Notes: a model not told the origin generated them from the letters alone. DNA of 61,653 bases, filler included, from 7 parts of 7 records of this genome joined end to end with filler, not necessarily neighbours in it, one strand, 5' to 3'. Positions 28,852 to 39,824 are shown, counted from the first letter of the whole stretch. Program-made: numbers and translations.

Positions 28852-29544
28852 ATGGCGGATCTGAGTCAGAAAGATATTGCCCATATGATGGACTTGAGCT
28901 GTGTACAGGCGAGCAGTACACTGGTTGAAATCGAGAATGCTGCCGCAGCGGCAAAAAAGTATAACTGCATCTGCGTTTTCGCCCTGCCTGCCCATACGCC
29001 GGTTCTCGTGGAACTGCTGAAAGACAGACCCGATATCCTGGTAGGCGGAACCGTGGGATTTCCGGACGGAGGCGCCACTACGGCCAGTAAGGTCCAGGAG
29101 ACGAAAGAGCTGGTCGCCATGGGTGTCAACGAGGTTGATATGGTGATCAATATCGCCTGGCTTAAGGCGGGAGAATACCGGCTCGTGGCCGATGATATCA
29201 AGAACGTCATCAGCGCGGCCGGCGGCCTTCCGGTCAAGGTCATTCTGGAATGCCACTATCTTACGGAAGAAGAGATCGTCAAGGCCTGCGGTATCTGCAT
29301 CGATGCGGGAGTCACCTTTGTGAAGACCGGGACCGGCTGGGCCCCCACGGGAGCCACTCTGGAGAATGTTAAACTCATAGCTGATTCGGTGGGCGACCAC
29401 TGCAAGGTGAAGGCCGCCGGAGGGGTCCGTGACCGCGAAACCCTTCTGGCCATGTATGAACTGGGGGCGACCCGCTTCGGCGTGGGCGTTAGAACAGCTG
29501 AGGCCATACTGGCCGGCGGCGCGGAGAGCGGCGAAGGGTACTGA
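28852..29544 (+). CDS. deoC: Divergent DeoC-like class I aldolase
   Basis: VGFPDG, EVDMVIN, KVILEC, FVKTGTG (Schiff-base Lys), VKAAGGVR; start chosen after RBS GGAAGGA. Confidence 0.8.
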   Translation: MADLSQKDIAHMMDLSCVQASSTLVEIENAAAAAKKYNCICVFALPAHTPVLVELLKDRPDILVGGTVGFPDGGATTASKVQETKELVAMGVNEVDMVINIAWLKAGEYRLVADDIKNVISAAGGLPVKVILECHYLTEEEIVKACGICIDAGVTFVKTGTGWAPTGATLENVKLIADSVGDHCKVKAAGGVRDRETLLAMYELGATRFGVGVRTAEAILAGGAESGEGY

Positions 29545-29618
29545 GCTGAAACAGGGGGAAAACCTGTATACTGTAGGCTGCAGCCGCATACCGGTGAGAT
29601 ATGATAGAAGGAAAAGAT

Positions 29619-31130
29619 ATGAACTATGTCATTGCCTGTGACCTCGGGACAGGGGGATGCAAATCCTCTTTATACGATTCCCAGGGGAATTGTCTGGATG
29701 GTCTGTTCAGGGAGTACCCCAGCTACTATCCTGCTGAATCCATGCATGAGCAGAAACCGCAGGAGTGGTGGGCGGCAGTAAAAGACAGTATCCGGGGGCT
29801 TCTGGCGGATAAGCCGGAGGAGCTCAGGTCCTCGGTCGCGGGGATAGGATTGTCCGGGCATAGCCTGGGAATGGTAGCGCTGGACGAATCGGGTGAGTTG
29901 ATCCTGGATTCGGTCCCCATCTGGTCGGACAGCAGACCCGGTGAATCCGAACTGAAACCCTTCTTCCGGAAGGTTCCGGAGGAGGAGTGGTATATGCTGA
30001 CGGGGAACGGTTTTCCACCTCCCCTGTATACGGTATTCAAGATCCTCTGGATGAAAAACAATCAGAGTGAATCCTTCAGTCGCTGCAGGAAAATCATCGG
30101 GACCAAAGACTATATAAACTACAGGCTCTGCGGGGCGATCGCAACGGATTATTCATACGCGTCAGGCAGCGGTGTGTATGATCTCGAGAACTGGTCCTAT
30201 TCGGAGAAACTGATTCACGCCTCCGGACTGGATAAGGATCTGTTTCCGGAGATTAAAGCGTCCAGCGATGTCCTGGGCACCCTTCTTCCCGAAGTGGCCG
30301 GAGAGCTGGGCCTTTCCGATTCGGTCAGGGTGGTGGCAGGCGGCGTCGACAACTCCTGCATGGCCCTGGGAGCCATGTGCTTTAAAGACGGAAGGATATA
30401 CAACTCCCTGGGATCCTCCAGCTGGATAGCCGTATCATCAGAGAAGCCCTTGCTGGATCTCGAGAACAGACCCTATGTCTTCACCCATGTGGTTCCCGGG
30501 CTTTTCGCCTCTGCCACGGCGATTTTCTCAGCAGGAAGCAGCCATAGATGGTTTGCCCGCATCCTGAGAAACGGCGGTGAACGCCCAAGCTATGGTGAGA
30601 TAGACAGGGAGGCTTCGACGATTCCTCCCGGTTCGGGGAACCTCCTTTTCAATCCCAGCCTCGCGGGAGGCAGCTCCCTGGATGACAGTCCCCATATCAG
30701 GGGGGCCTTTCTGGGGCTTACCCTGTCTCATGGAAGGGCTCACCTTGCCAGAGCGGTAATGGAGGGGGTCGGCTTCGGTCTGAAGGTCGCCCTTGACGCC
30801 CTTCGACGGCTGACGGAAACGGAGCCAAGGGTCACGATCGTGGGCGGCGGGAGCAAGGGCCGCCTATGGTGTCAGATCCTGGCGGACATATTCGAGCTTG
30901 AGATCAGGAAAACCAGCATTGACGAACAGGCCGCGGCGCTGAGGGCGGCATCCCTTGCCCTTGTGGGGTGCGGAATCTGGGAAGACTACTCCCGCATAGA
31001 CGAACTGCATCGGGAGGAAGCTGTTTATCAATGCAGGGATGAGAACAAGAGGGTCTACAGGAAGCTTTTGACCGTATACAAAGAGGCGTCGGTTTCTCTG
31101 GCGAAGCTCGGCCGCATGATGAGCTCATAG
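29619..31130 (+). CDS. FGGY-family carbohydrate kinase (xylulokinase-like)
   Basis: DLGTGGCK, IWSDSR, KDYINYRL, TDYSYASG, GGVDN, RAVMEGV, GGGSK. Confidence 0.92.
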   Translation: MNYVIACDLGTGGCKSSLYDSQGNCLDGLFREYPSYYPAESMHEQKPQEWWAAVKDSIRGLLADKPEELRSSVAGIGLSGHSLGMVALDESGELILDSVPIWSDSRPGESELKPFFRKVPEEEWYMLTGNGFPPPLYTVFKILWMKNNQSESFSRCRKIIGTKDYINYRLCGAIATDYSYASGSGVYDLENWSYSEKLIHASGLDKDLFPEIKASSDVLGTLLPEVAGELGLSDSVRVVAGGVDNSCMALGAMCFKDGRIYNSLGSSSWIAVSSEKPLLDLENRPYVFTHVVPGLFASATAIFSAGSSHRWFARILRNGGERPSYGEIDREASTIPPGSGNLLFNPSLAGGSSLDDSPHIRGAFLGLTLSHGRAHLARAVMEGVGFGLKVALDALRRLTETEPRVTIVGGGSKGRLWCQILADIFELEIRKTSIDEQAAALRAASLALVGCGIWEDYSRIDELHREEAVYQCRDENKRVYRKLLTVYKEASVSLAKLGRMMSS

Positions 31131-31186
31131 TCCCCGGGGCCGCCGCTTTGATATGGATTTTAAGTGCCTTTCTGTTCATTTATAAT

Positions 31187-31215
31187 TTGACTGATTAATC
31201 AAACGGATATAAAAT
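31187..31215 (+). promoter_or_regulatory. Sigma-70 promoter of the amidohydrolase gene
   Basis: TTGACT-N17-TAAAAT. Confidence 0.6.
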
Positions 31216-31288
31216 CAAAACGGCTACCCACCCTTCAGTTTCTGAAAAAATAATCAGGGAATACACATTTTGAAGTGAGGAACACTCA

Positions 31289-32782
31289 ATGTCCAAGCAG
31301 AAGCGCATTTTCTGTCGCGCCGAGTTTCTTCTTCCCCTGGCATCATCTGACAGGGGAGAACGTATCGTTGACGGATATCTCCTGAGCGAAGGTGATAAGA
31401 TCCTTGAAACAGGTCCCTATTCGGAGGATATAGGGAAAAGGGTTCTTGAGCTCTACGCTCAGGATCTAATCGTAATGGGGAGCCGGGTTCCGCCGGAGAA
31501 GATGACGGAGAAGGACATTCCCCGGCGGAAGGGGATTCTGATGCCCGCCTTCGTCAAGGCCCATGGTCACGATCATGAACAGCCCCTTATCGGCATCGCC
31601 AAAGACGTTCCCCTGACGGAGTGGCTGGACAAGGCGGTCAATCCCTTCACCGAGTACCTGAACAAGTACCATGACTCCCTCTGCGATGAGTTGGGGCTTT
31701 CGCCCAATCTTCTCACCTATCTGATGGCCAGGATCTGCGATATCAACTACGGCATAACCGCCTGTATGGTCCATCACTGCAACTACAGTAAATACCATGC
31801 CGAAGAGCTGGCCCGGGCCAACGAAGCCGCGGGCACCACCATGATCATCGCCATAGGCGGACAGGACCGCTTCTACTACGAAGACCTTCTGGACACCCCG
31901 GAGGAGGCGCTGGGGCGGCTGGACCGGGCCGTCGCTCTGGAGGGATTGGAGCGTACCAGTTTCTGTCCCGGTCCCGATCAGCTCTTCTCCAACAGCCGCA
32001 AGGTGCTGAAACCCCTCAAGGAATGGGCCCGTGAAAACAACACCCTTTTCCATATTCACAGCTCAGAGGAGCCCCGTACGACGGCCTGGTTCAAGGAGGA
32101 GATCGAGCCGGGCATGACACCAGTCCAGTACGCCGATTCCATCGGAATCCTGGATGAGAGGAGCGTCCTGGCCCATCAGGTGAACTGCACACCCGAGGAT
32201 CTTGAGATCCTCGCCAGGACGGGGACCAGGATCGTGCACAATCCACTTGCCAACACCATACTGGGATCGGGCATGCCGCCCGTAATGGATATGCTGGAGG
32301 CGGGTATACCCGTGGCCATCTCAACCGACGGTTCGGGATCTGCCGATAACCAGAACATCATAGCCGCCGCCAGGGCCGCGGCCCAGTATCAGAAGGCCCG
32401 TCATCAGGATGCGACCCTCCTGAAGTCGCAGCAGCTTCTTGAGATGATCACCTCCGTCCCCGCCGGATTCCTCAACCTCAACCAGGGGGAGCTCGCTCCC
32501 GGCAGGCAGGCGGACTTTATCCTTCTCGATCTGTCCAGGCCGAATATGATTCCCACCAGGGTCGACAACCTGATGGAGAATATCATATGGGCGGCCGACG
32601 GCAGTGAGATCAGGACCGTTGTGGCGGGGGGGCGGATCCTCAAGGAGGATTGGGAGATCAAGCCCTTCCTGGACGGAACGGAGCCTGAGGATATTATGGC
32701 CAAGGTGCAGAGGCTCAGCGAGCTCTATGGGGAGTACAGAAAGCAGGCTCCCGAGATGAGAGGCACGGGAGCGCATAAGTAG
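31289..32782 (+). CDS. Metal-dependent amidohydrolase (MTA/SAH- or purine-deaminase-like)
   Basis: MPAFVKAHGH, HIHSSE, LAHQV, HNPLAN, STDG, GRQADF. Confidence 0.88.
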   Translation: MSKQKRIFCRAEFLLPLASSDRGERIVDGYLLSEGDKILETGPYSEDIGKRVLELYAQDLIVMGSRVPPEKMTEKDIPRRKGILMPAFVKAHGHDHEQPLIGIAKDVPLTEWLDKAVNPFTEYLNKYHDSLCDELGLSPNLLTYLMARICDINYGITACMVHHCNYSKYHAEELARANEAAGTTMIIAIGGQDRFYYEDLLDTPEEALGRLDRAVALEGLERTSFCPGPDQLFSNSRKVLKPLKEWARENNTLFHIHSSEEPRTTAWFKEEIEPGMTPVQYADSIGILDERSVLAHQVNCTPEDLEILARTGTRIVHNPLANTILGSGMPPVMDMLEAGIPVAISTDGSGSADNQNIIAAARAAAQYQKARHQDATLLKSQQLLEMITSVPAGFLNLNQGELAPGRQADFILLDLSRPNMIPTRVDNLMENIIWAADGSEIRTVVAGGRILKEDWEIKPFLDGTEPEDIMAKVQRLSELYGEYRKQAPEMRGTGAHK

Positions 32783-32851
32783 ATCATCCCCGGAGGGCCG
32801 TCTTCACGCGGCGGCACTGCAGGGGACGGAAGCGTCACTGCATTATAACTG

Positions 32852-32895
32852 ACAGTCCCGATAGATGGGAATCCTTGTTTATCGGGTCTGTTTTT
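32852..32895 (+). terminator. Putative intrinsic terminator
   Basis: ACAGTCCCGATA...TATCGGGTCTGT followed by a T-run, between convergent genes. Confidence 0.5.
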
Positions 32896-32978
32896 CTACG
32901 ATTATCGAATCGACGGTCAGCAGTCTCCTTTTATCGTTACTATAAGCTGATAACCGAAGGTCCAATCAAAAGAAACGA

Positions 32979-33724
<746 letters not shown>

Positions 33725-33728
<4 letters not shown>

Positions 33729-34728
33729 AATAATTCGGCTCCCAGTATTCTATAGACATCGGGCATGGGTAGATTCCTCTCTCTGGATATCCTCAGGCAG
33801 TCCTCAAACTCCAGCTTTGATTTGATTTTTCCTCCCCCCGAATAGAGAGACTTGATCCGTACGCTTCCCAGTGAGCTTTCAACGCTCTCTATCGTTCTCT
33901 CCATATCCAGTTTCTGCACATAGGACGTCCTGTAGCCGAAGCTGCTGGTCTCCTTCAGGATCAGAGCTCCTATTTCTGCCTCTTTCTTCAGAGGGGCCAT
34001 CACCGTCAGCTTTACGGCGGGGCGGCCCTTTTTCATGATGATGGGGGTCAGATAGGCGTCGTATACGGCGTTGTCAAAAAGCTTCTCCAGCAGGGGCGAG
34101 TAGAGCTCGGGATTCATATCGTCAATATTGCAGTCGATTACAACCGCTTTCAGACTCTTGTCGCCTTTTGCTTCCGCCGTCTCTTTGCAGAAGGAGACCC
34201 GCAGAACATTGGGTATCTCCGTATCCCGGTGACCGATCCCGTAGGCTGTTTCCACGGGCGCCAGGGCCAGGGAATCACTGAACTCGTCGACCGTTTCCGC
34301 CAGAATGGCAGCTCCCGTGGGGGTCGTCGTTTCAAAGGGGACGGCTCCCGTTTTCACAGGAATCCCTTTGAGGATCTCCAGGGTGGCCGGAGCCGGGACG
34401 GGCATCATGCCGTGTGCGCATTTTACAAAGCCCCCGCCCAGTTCCACGGGGCTGCAGTAGATCTTCCGGGGCTTCAGATAATCCAGACAGATGGCTGCGG
34501 CGGCGATATCCACAATAGAGTCCACCGCGCCCACCTCATGGAAATGGACCTCGTCGGCAGGCTTATTGTGGATTTTCCCTTCCGCCTCGGCCACCCGGGC
34601 GAAGATGCGAAGGGCCAGACCCACCACCTCTTTCGAGAGAGAGGATTCCTGGAAGAGGGTTTTGATATGGGCGAAATTCCGGTGCTCGTGATCATGCCCA
34701 TGGTCGTGGTGGTGATCATGGTCGTGGT
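33725..34728 (-). CDS. larC: Nickel insertase LarC (5'-truncated)
   Basis: His/Asp-rich tract HDHDHHHDHGHDHEHR at the contig edge, VHFHEVGAVDSIVDI, CAHG..PVPAPAT, TPTGAA, NIDDMNPE, MKKGRP. Confidence 0.95.
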
Positions 34729-34828
34729 NNNNNNNNNNNNNNNNNNNNNNNNNNNNNNNNNNNNNNNNNNNNTTAATTAATTAANNNNNNNNNNNNNNNN
34801 NNNNNNNNNNNNNNNNNNNNNNNNNNNN
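34729..34828. other. Artificial contig spacer
   Basis: N-run + TTAATTAATTAA + N-run. Confidence 0.99.
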
Positions 34829-36106
34829 CTGAGCCTGCTCCTCTCCCTCAAGGAGAAGGGCGAACTGGGGACGAGCCTGCTGGTGGCCCCCGTCGTCACC
34901 CTGGCCAACTGGGAGGCGGAGATGGCCAGGTTCACCCCCGCCCTGACGAGCATCCGCCATGCCGGAACCGACAGGATCACCGAGGCCGCCGCCTTCTCGG
35001 ACTACGATCTGGTGATCGTCAGCTACCACACCCTGAGAAACGATGCGGACCTCTTCTTCGACTTCCGGTTCGACTACATCGTTCTGGACGAGGCCCACTA
35101 CATCAAGAACGCCGGCTCCCAGATCTTCAAGGCCGTCCGGGCCCTCAAGAGCGCCCATCGCCTCTCCCTGACCGGAACCCCTCTGGAGAACAACACCATG
35201 GAACTCTGGAGCCAGTTCAGCTTCCTCAACCCCGGGCTTCTGGGCAGCAGCAAGGACTTCTTCGCCCGTTTCGCCCAGCCCATCGAGAGGAAGAAAGACG
35301 GCGAGGCCCTGGAAACCCTGAGAGACATCGTCTCCCCCTTCCTGCTCCGACGGCGCAAGGAAGAGGTGCTGAAGGACCTGCCCCCCAAGGAGATCATCGT
35401 CCATTACAGCGACATGCTCCCCCATCAGCAGGAGCTCTACGATCGCTACCGGAACTTCTACCGGGCCAGGGTCAAGGGGCTTATCGACGACAAGGGCCTG
35501 GCCGGATCTTCGGTGGAGATCTTCCAGTTCCTCCTCAAGCTGCGGCAGCTGGCCATCTACCCCCCCATGACGGGGGACGAGGACGCCTGTCATGTGGGCT
35601 CCTGCAAGATGGACGCCCTCAAGGACAAGCTGGACGAGGTGCTCCAGGAGGACCACAAGATCCTGATCTTCTCCCAGTTCCTGGGCTCCCTGAACGCCAT
35701 GGCCGATTTCTGCCGGGACCAGCACTGGGACTACTCCCTGATCACCGGAAGCACCCCCGACAGGGCCGAGCAGATCAGACGCTTCCAGGAGGACGAGGAC
35801 GTCCGCATCTTCCTCCTCAGCCTCAAGGCCGGAGGGGTGGGCATCAACCTCACCGCCGCCGACTACGTGGTCCTCTTCGACCCCTGGTGGAACCCCGCCG
35901 CCGAGCGCCAGGCCATCGACCGGGCCCACCGTATGGGACAGACCCGTAAGGTCATCTCCTACAAGATGATCGCCCGGGGCACCATCGAGGAGAAGATCCT
36001 CAAGATGCAGGAGGAGAAGACCGCCCTGATGGACGGCATCATGGGCGAGGACTCCTCCATGTTCAGCGCCATGAGCGAGGACGAGGTGATCGGGCTCTTC
36101 GAGTAG
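34829..36106 (+). CDS. SNF2-family helicase/ATPase (5'-truncated)
   Basis: LDEAHYIKN, LTGTPLENN, LRRRKEEVL, LIFSQF, SLKAGGVGINLTAAD, WWNPAAERQAIDRAHRMGQ. Confidence 0.96.
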   Translation: MSLLLSLKEKGELGTSLLVAPVVTLANWEAEMARFTPALTSIRHAGTDRITEAAAFSDYDLVIVSYHTLRNDADLFFDFRFDYIVLDEAHYIKNAGSQIFKAVRALKSAHRLSLTGTPLENNTMELWSQFSFLNPGLLGSSKDFFARFAQPIERKKDGEALETLRDIVSPFLLRRRKEEVLKDLPPKEIIVHYSDMLPHQQELYDRYRNFYRARVKGLIDDKGLAGSSVEIFQFLLKLRQLAIYPPMTGDEDACHVGSCKMDALKDKLDEVLQEDHKILIFSQFLGSLNAMADFCRDQHWDYSLITGSTPDRAEQIRRFQEDEDVRIFLLSLKAGGVGINLTAADYVVLFDPWWNPAAERQAIDRAHRMGQTRKVISYKMIARGTIEEKILKMQEEKTALMDGIMGEDSSMFSAMSEDEVIGLFE

Positions 36107-36263
36107 CTTCTGGTATTTATTGGGGAGGGGGAAGTCGGAGCACCGGCTCCAGTCGCCGTTGCCTGGTCCAGTTACAGGTTTGAGCAAAGTTCTCTTCCAA
36201 CTGGCTGAGGGCCGAAGGGCCTGTTTCCAACCGCCCGGGATGTTGAACGCATTACTTCGCAAA

Positions 36264-36493
36264 GAAGGGCAGCAGGAAGGATTGGGAGAGCGGTTAAAAG
36301 AGGAAACAGACCATGGACTCCAGAGAATACTTGAGTCTCCGAAAGGATGGGAGATGTATTCTGAATCGACTCGCAAACATACTCTGAAGATTTTCCCTAT
36401 AAGATCATCCATACCATTCAGAAAGATACAATTCTCATTATTCCCATAGCCCATGCCCATAGGAAGCCGGATTACTGGGCTGATAGGATCTAG
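36264..36493 (+). pseudogene. ParE/RelE-family toxin pseudogene (5'-truncated, frameshifted)
   Basis: EGQQEGLGERLKEETDHGLQRILESPKGW...TRKHTLK, then a frameshift near 36390 into FPYKIIHTIQKDTILIIPIAHAHRKPDYWADRI*. Confidence 0.78.
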
Positions 36494-36727
36494 AGCTGGC
36501 TTCATTATCCTACACGGGAGCTATCGAAGCGCTTACGGGTAAGGCGGCCTAGGGAGTGTATTCCGTCCCCCCTCAGCACGCTGCTGTGAAGTAAGGACTT
36601 ATATAATAAAAAAATGATTGATTATCATTCATTCCGGGATATATTTTACACAGTGCTTCTTCAACATCTATATGTCCCTGCTTTCCTATGAAGCGCATAA
36701 ATCATTTATTCTTTTTAAGGTAAAGCC

Positions 36728-38635
36728 ATGAGAAAAGTTTCGATTATTGTTCTTCTATTGATCATCGCTATCGGTTACGGTTTTGCCCACGAAGGGCACG
36801 ACATCATTAAGGAAATGGCTCTTCATTCTGAGGATGAAGAGAAGCTGGAAAGCCTGAGTGACAAATTGATATGGACTATTCGTAAATTGGATGATGATGA
36901 CTTTACGCGCCAAGCCTTGTTGACAAAGGGAATGACGAATAACGTTCAGGCCAGGTATCTGCCTCGCTTTAAAGATGATATCGACTTCAACGCGCGGGTT
37001 TTAATGAATGTCAAAGAAGAGGAGAGGCGATTAGGAAGCAACGCTTTTAAAGAAGCCCTTGAAAGAATTGATGATAACGAGCTTTTAGATAAGATCGTGC
37101 GTTCCAATACCCATCATATGATTAGATCCTGGGCTATGCGGAGGATCACCGATCAGAATCTTCTTTTTCAGATTCTGCAAGACAGGGTTATGGAAGATGA
37201 ATTTATTATTGCCGGAAAAATTAAGGATAAAGCAATTATAAAGGATGCCATGGTTGTGGTTACTGAGCCCTTGGCAAAAAGAGTCCTTTTGGAAAACCTG
37301 GGAGATGAGGAACTGGCGTTTCAGTTTTTTCTGGAACAGATAGAAGTCGATCCTACTTTCAGATTCGATACGCTTTTTTATGTAATCGAGGATAAAGAGA
37401 AGCTGGAATATATCATTCATAACAGAACACCTGCTCTCTTCGATATAAGTTATGCGGTTAAGAAATACTATGATCTGGATGGTATCAAGGATCTGTCGGA
37501 TAAGGAGTTTGTGGATGCAGTAACATCCAAAGATCACATCAAAGTCCTCTATTCCTACTATGAAAATGCTAAATATGAACAGAATATGGCCAAACTTCTG
37601 AAAAGAAGGCTTATCCCCTGGCACTGGATACTGGTCGGTGCGGTCGTCATTTTATTTTATCCTTTGCTGCAGTTTTCAAAGATGCTATTGAAAGAGCTGG
37701 GCTTCGGAAAGAAAAAGAAGAAGTCAAAACGCAAAGGCAGAAATATCAGGACTTCCCGGAATACACAGTCTCCCAGACCGGCCGAAAATATGACGGATTG
37801 GGGCGTTCAAACAGCTTCTCAGGATTATAAATCTACGGATGACCTTTTCGGGGACCTGGTCGGCAGCAGATTAAGCGAACATATGGATACTCTTTTTTAT
37901 GGGGCCGAGGGCAGCGATTCAGAGCAGTCTGTTGAAGCTGAAAGCTCGAATGAGAGTGCTCTGTTCGGAAGACTCTCCGATAAGAATAAGGCCGTCGAGT
38001 ATTTGAAGAACCTCGGGGAGAGGGCGAAGGATGAGGGGGTCTATTCCATATGGTCGTGGACTGACGGCCGCAACGGCAAGACCTTTTATCAGTTTCTCTC
38101 GGATGTCCGTTCGTCCAATCAATTTGAGTTTGACAGTCCCGACTATGTAAAGAACAAGACCATGCTCTATGAGCAGGGAGTCATGCGAACTGCCGGACGG
38201 GAACTGGCTGACGGTCCCGACTGGGCCGATAAGGACAATAAGAAATACGAGGCCCTGAAAGGCGGAGAGCTTGAAGAACAGCTCTTGGAAGCCGTGGAAG
38301 CAGAAGATGCGGCGAAGGTGGAAGAGATGCTGACATCCGGTGCCAATGCCAATACCATAGGCGGCAGAACCGGTTCTTCTCCCGTACTCCTTCTCGCTGC
38401 CAAAACAGGGAACATCCCCATCGTCGATCTGCTGTTGGATAAGGGGGCCGATATCAATTATCAGGATTCTGAGGGATTCGCCCTGATTGCAAAAGCCGCG
38501 TATGACCCAACAGAGAAAACTGCAGAGATGCTGAGGCATCTGAAAGACCGGGGTGCTGATATTTATGCGGAAACGGTAAGGGGGATCCCTGCTGTACAGC
38601 TTATTAAAACGTACTTCAAAGATTTTGATTTCTAA
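36728..38635 (+). CDS. Single-pass membrane protein with helical repeats and C-terminal ankyrin repeats
   Basis: Signal peptide; repeated units such as ALERIDDNELL and AMRRITDQNLL; TM WHWILVGAVVILFYPLL followed by a poly-Lys tract; LLLAAKTGNIPIVDLLLDKGADIN ankyrin motif. Confidence 0.8.
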   Translation: MRKVSIIVLLLIIAIGYGFAHEGHDIIKEMALHSEDEEKLESLSDKLIWTIRKLDDDDFTRQALLTKGMTNNVQARYLPRFKDDIDFNARVLMNVKEEERRLGSNAFKEALERIDDNELLDKIVRSNTHHMIRSWAMRRITDQNLLFQILQDRVMEDEFIIAGKIKDKAIIKDAMVVVTEPLAKRVLLENLGDEELAFQFFLEQIEVDPTFRFDTLFYVIEDKEKLEYIIHNRTPALFDISYAVKKYYDLDGIKDLSDKEFVDAVTSKDHIKVLYSYYENAKYEQNMAKLLKRRLIPWHWILVGAVVILFYPLLQFSKMLLKELGFGKKKKKSKRKGRNIRTSRNTQSPRPAENMTDWGVQTASQDYKSTDDLFGDLVGSRLSEHMDTLFYGAEGSDSEQSVEAESSNESALFGRLSDKNKAVEYLKNLGERAKDEGVYSIWSWTDGRNGKTFYQFLSDVRSSNQFEFDSPDYVKNKTMLYEQGVMRTAGRELADGPDWADKDNKKYEALKGGELEEQLLEAVEAEDAAKVEEMLTSGANANTIGGRTGSSPVLLLAAKTGNIPIVDLLLDKGADINYQDSEGFALIAKAAYDPTEKTAEMLRHLKDRGADIYAETVRGIPAVQLIKTYFKDFDF

Positions 38636-38973
38636 ACGCTTTGAATGAAAATACTAACCATATCGCTATACTTTTATTTATGGGATCAGAGAATAAGGAA
38701 TCACAGCTGATCGAATAAGGACGCTATCATAGTGAAGAGGGGGATAACAAGAGAGGACGGGGGAAGGTTCTATCGCTGACGATCGGTATGGCGTATTACG
38801 AGCCATCTTCCCGCTGACAATCGAGCACAGACAGATACAAAAGGATCTTGCAAGAGCACCGTCTTCTGGTAATCAGCACCCTTAATGCCGAAAGGAGAAT
38901 CCTTTCAACATTATGCTGCTCTCAGAGATCCTTTTCCTTGATTCCCGGAAGAATAAATCCATACTTATTTAGT

Positions 38974-39555
38974 ATGAAAAGAAAATCACTGGAATTTGAT
39001 CAGATCACGACCCGGGGAGGGGATTCGGGAGAGTCCAGCCTGTTTAACGGGGAGAGGCGGCGGAAGGACGACCCGATCTTCCAACTTCTGGGAGATCTTG
39101 ATGAGCTGACAAGCTCTCTGGGCGTGGCGCTTGCCGGTTTGAGGCAGTTTTCCCCCCTTCCGGAGAAGGATAAGAGGATGAAAGCTTGGCTGGGTCTTAT
39201 CGATACTATTCAGGAAGACCTGGTCCTCATAGGGGGGATGGTCGCCGATCCCGACAACAGCAGCAGGCTCAAAACCAGGGTCCTGGAGGAAAAGCATATC
39301 CTCAGGCTGGAGAGTGCCCAGAAGGAGATGATGGGGACCACCGAGTTCCCTCCCAGGTTCATCCATCCCGGAAAAAACCTGTACTCCGCCTGGATGGATA
39401 TGGCCAGGACGGTCTGCCGCCGCTGCGAGCGGGAAATGGTCGGTCTCATCAGGAACGAGGTCATGACCCATCTGATCCCCTGTCAGCGCTATCTGAACAG
39501 GCTTTCGGATCTGCTGTTTGTTTCGGCCCGCTACTGGGAGCAGGTCACGGATTGA
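38974..39555 (+). CDS. pduO: PduO-type cob(I)alamin adenosyltransferase
   Basis: ITTRGGDSGES, GDLDEL, FIHPG, ARTVCRRCER, YLNRLSDLLF; ATG at 38974 preferred over the track's TTG. Confidence 0.92.
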   Translation: MKRKSLEFDQITTRGGDSGESSLFNGERRRKDDPIFQLLGDLDELTSSLGVALAGLRQFSPLPEKDKRMKAWLGLIDTIQEDLVLIGGMVADPDNSSRLKTRVLEEKHILRLESAQKEMMGTTEFPPRFIHPGKNLYSAWMDMARTVCRRCEREMVGLIRNEVMTHLIPCQRYLNRLSDLLFVSARYWEQVTD

Positions 39556-39665
39556 TTGTATGTTCTGTTTGCTGGGTAGATTAGACATCCCCTGCTGGCA
39601 GGGGCATGATATGATGCCGGGAACGGCTAAGCAGGTGTGAAATATAAAATACAGGAGTGTTTGCA

Positions 39666-39824
39666 ATGACTTATATTTGCGATGTGTGCGGCTATATCTA
39701 CGATCCGAAGAAGGGCGATCCCGGTAACGGTGTCAAAGCGCGAACCGAGTTCGCCGATATTCCCGAGTCCTGGGTCTGCCCCGTCTGCGGCGCGCCGAAG
39801 AGGAACTTTTCTCCTCAGAAGTAG
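39666..39824 (+). CDS. Rubredoxin (52 aa; absent from the ORF track)
   Basis: [60 protein letters not shown]. Confidence 0.96.
   Translation: MTYICDVCGYIYDPKKGDPGNGVKARTEFADIPESWVCPVCGAPKRNFSPQK

Noticed and set aside
34781..36505. 574-aa minus-strand ORF
   Set aside because: Antisense shadow of the SNF2 gene and ParE relic; runs into the N spacer.
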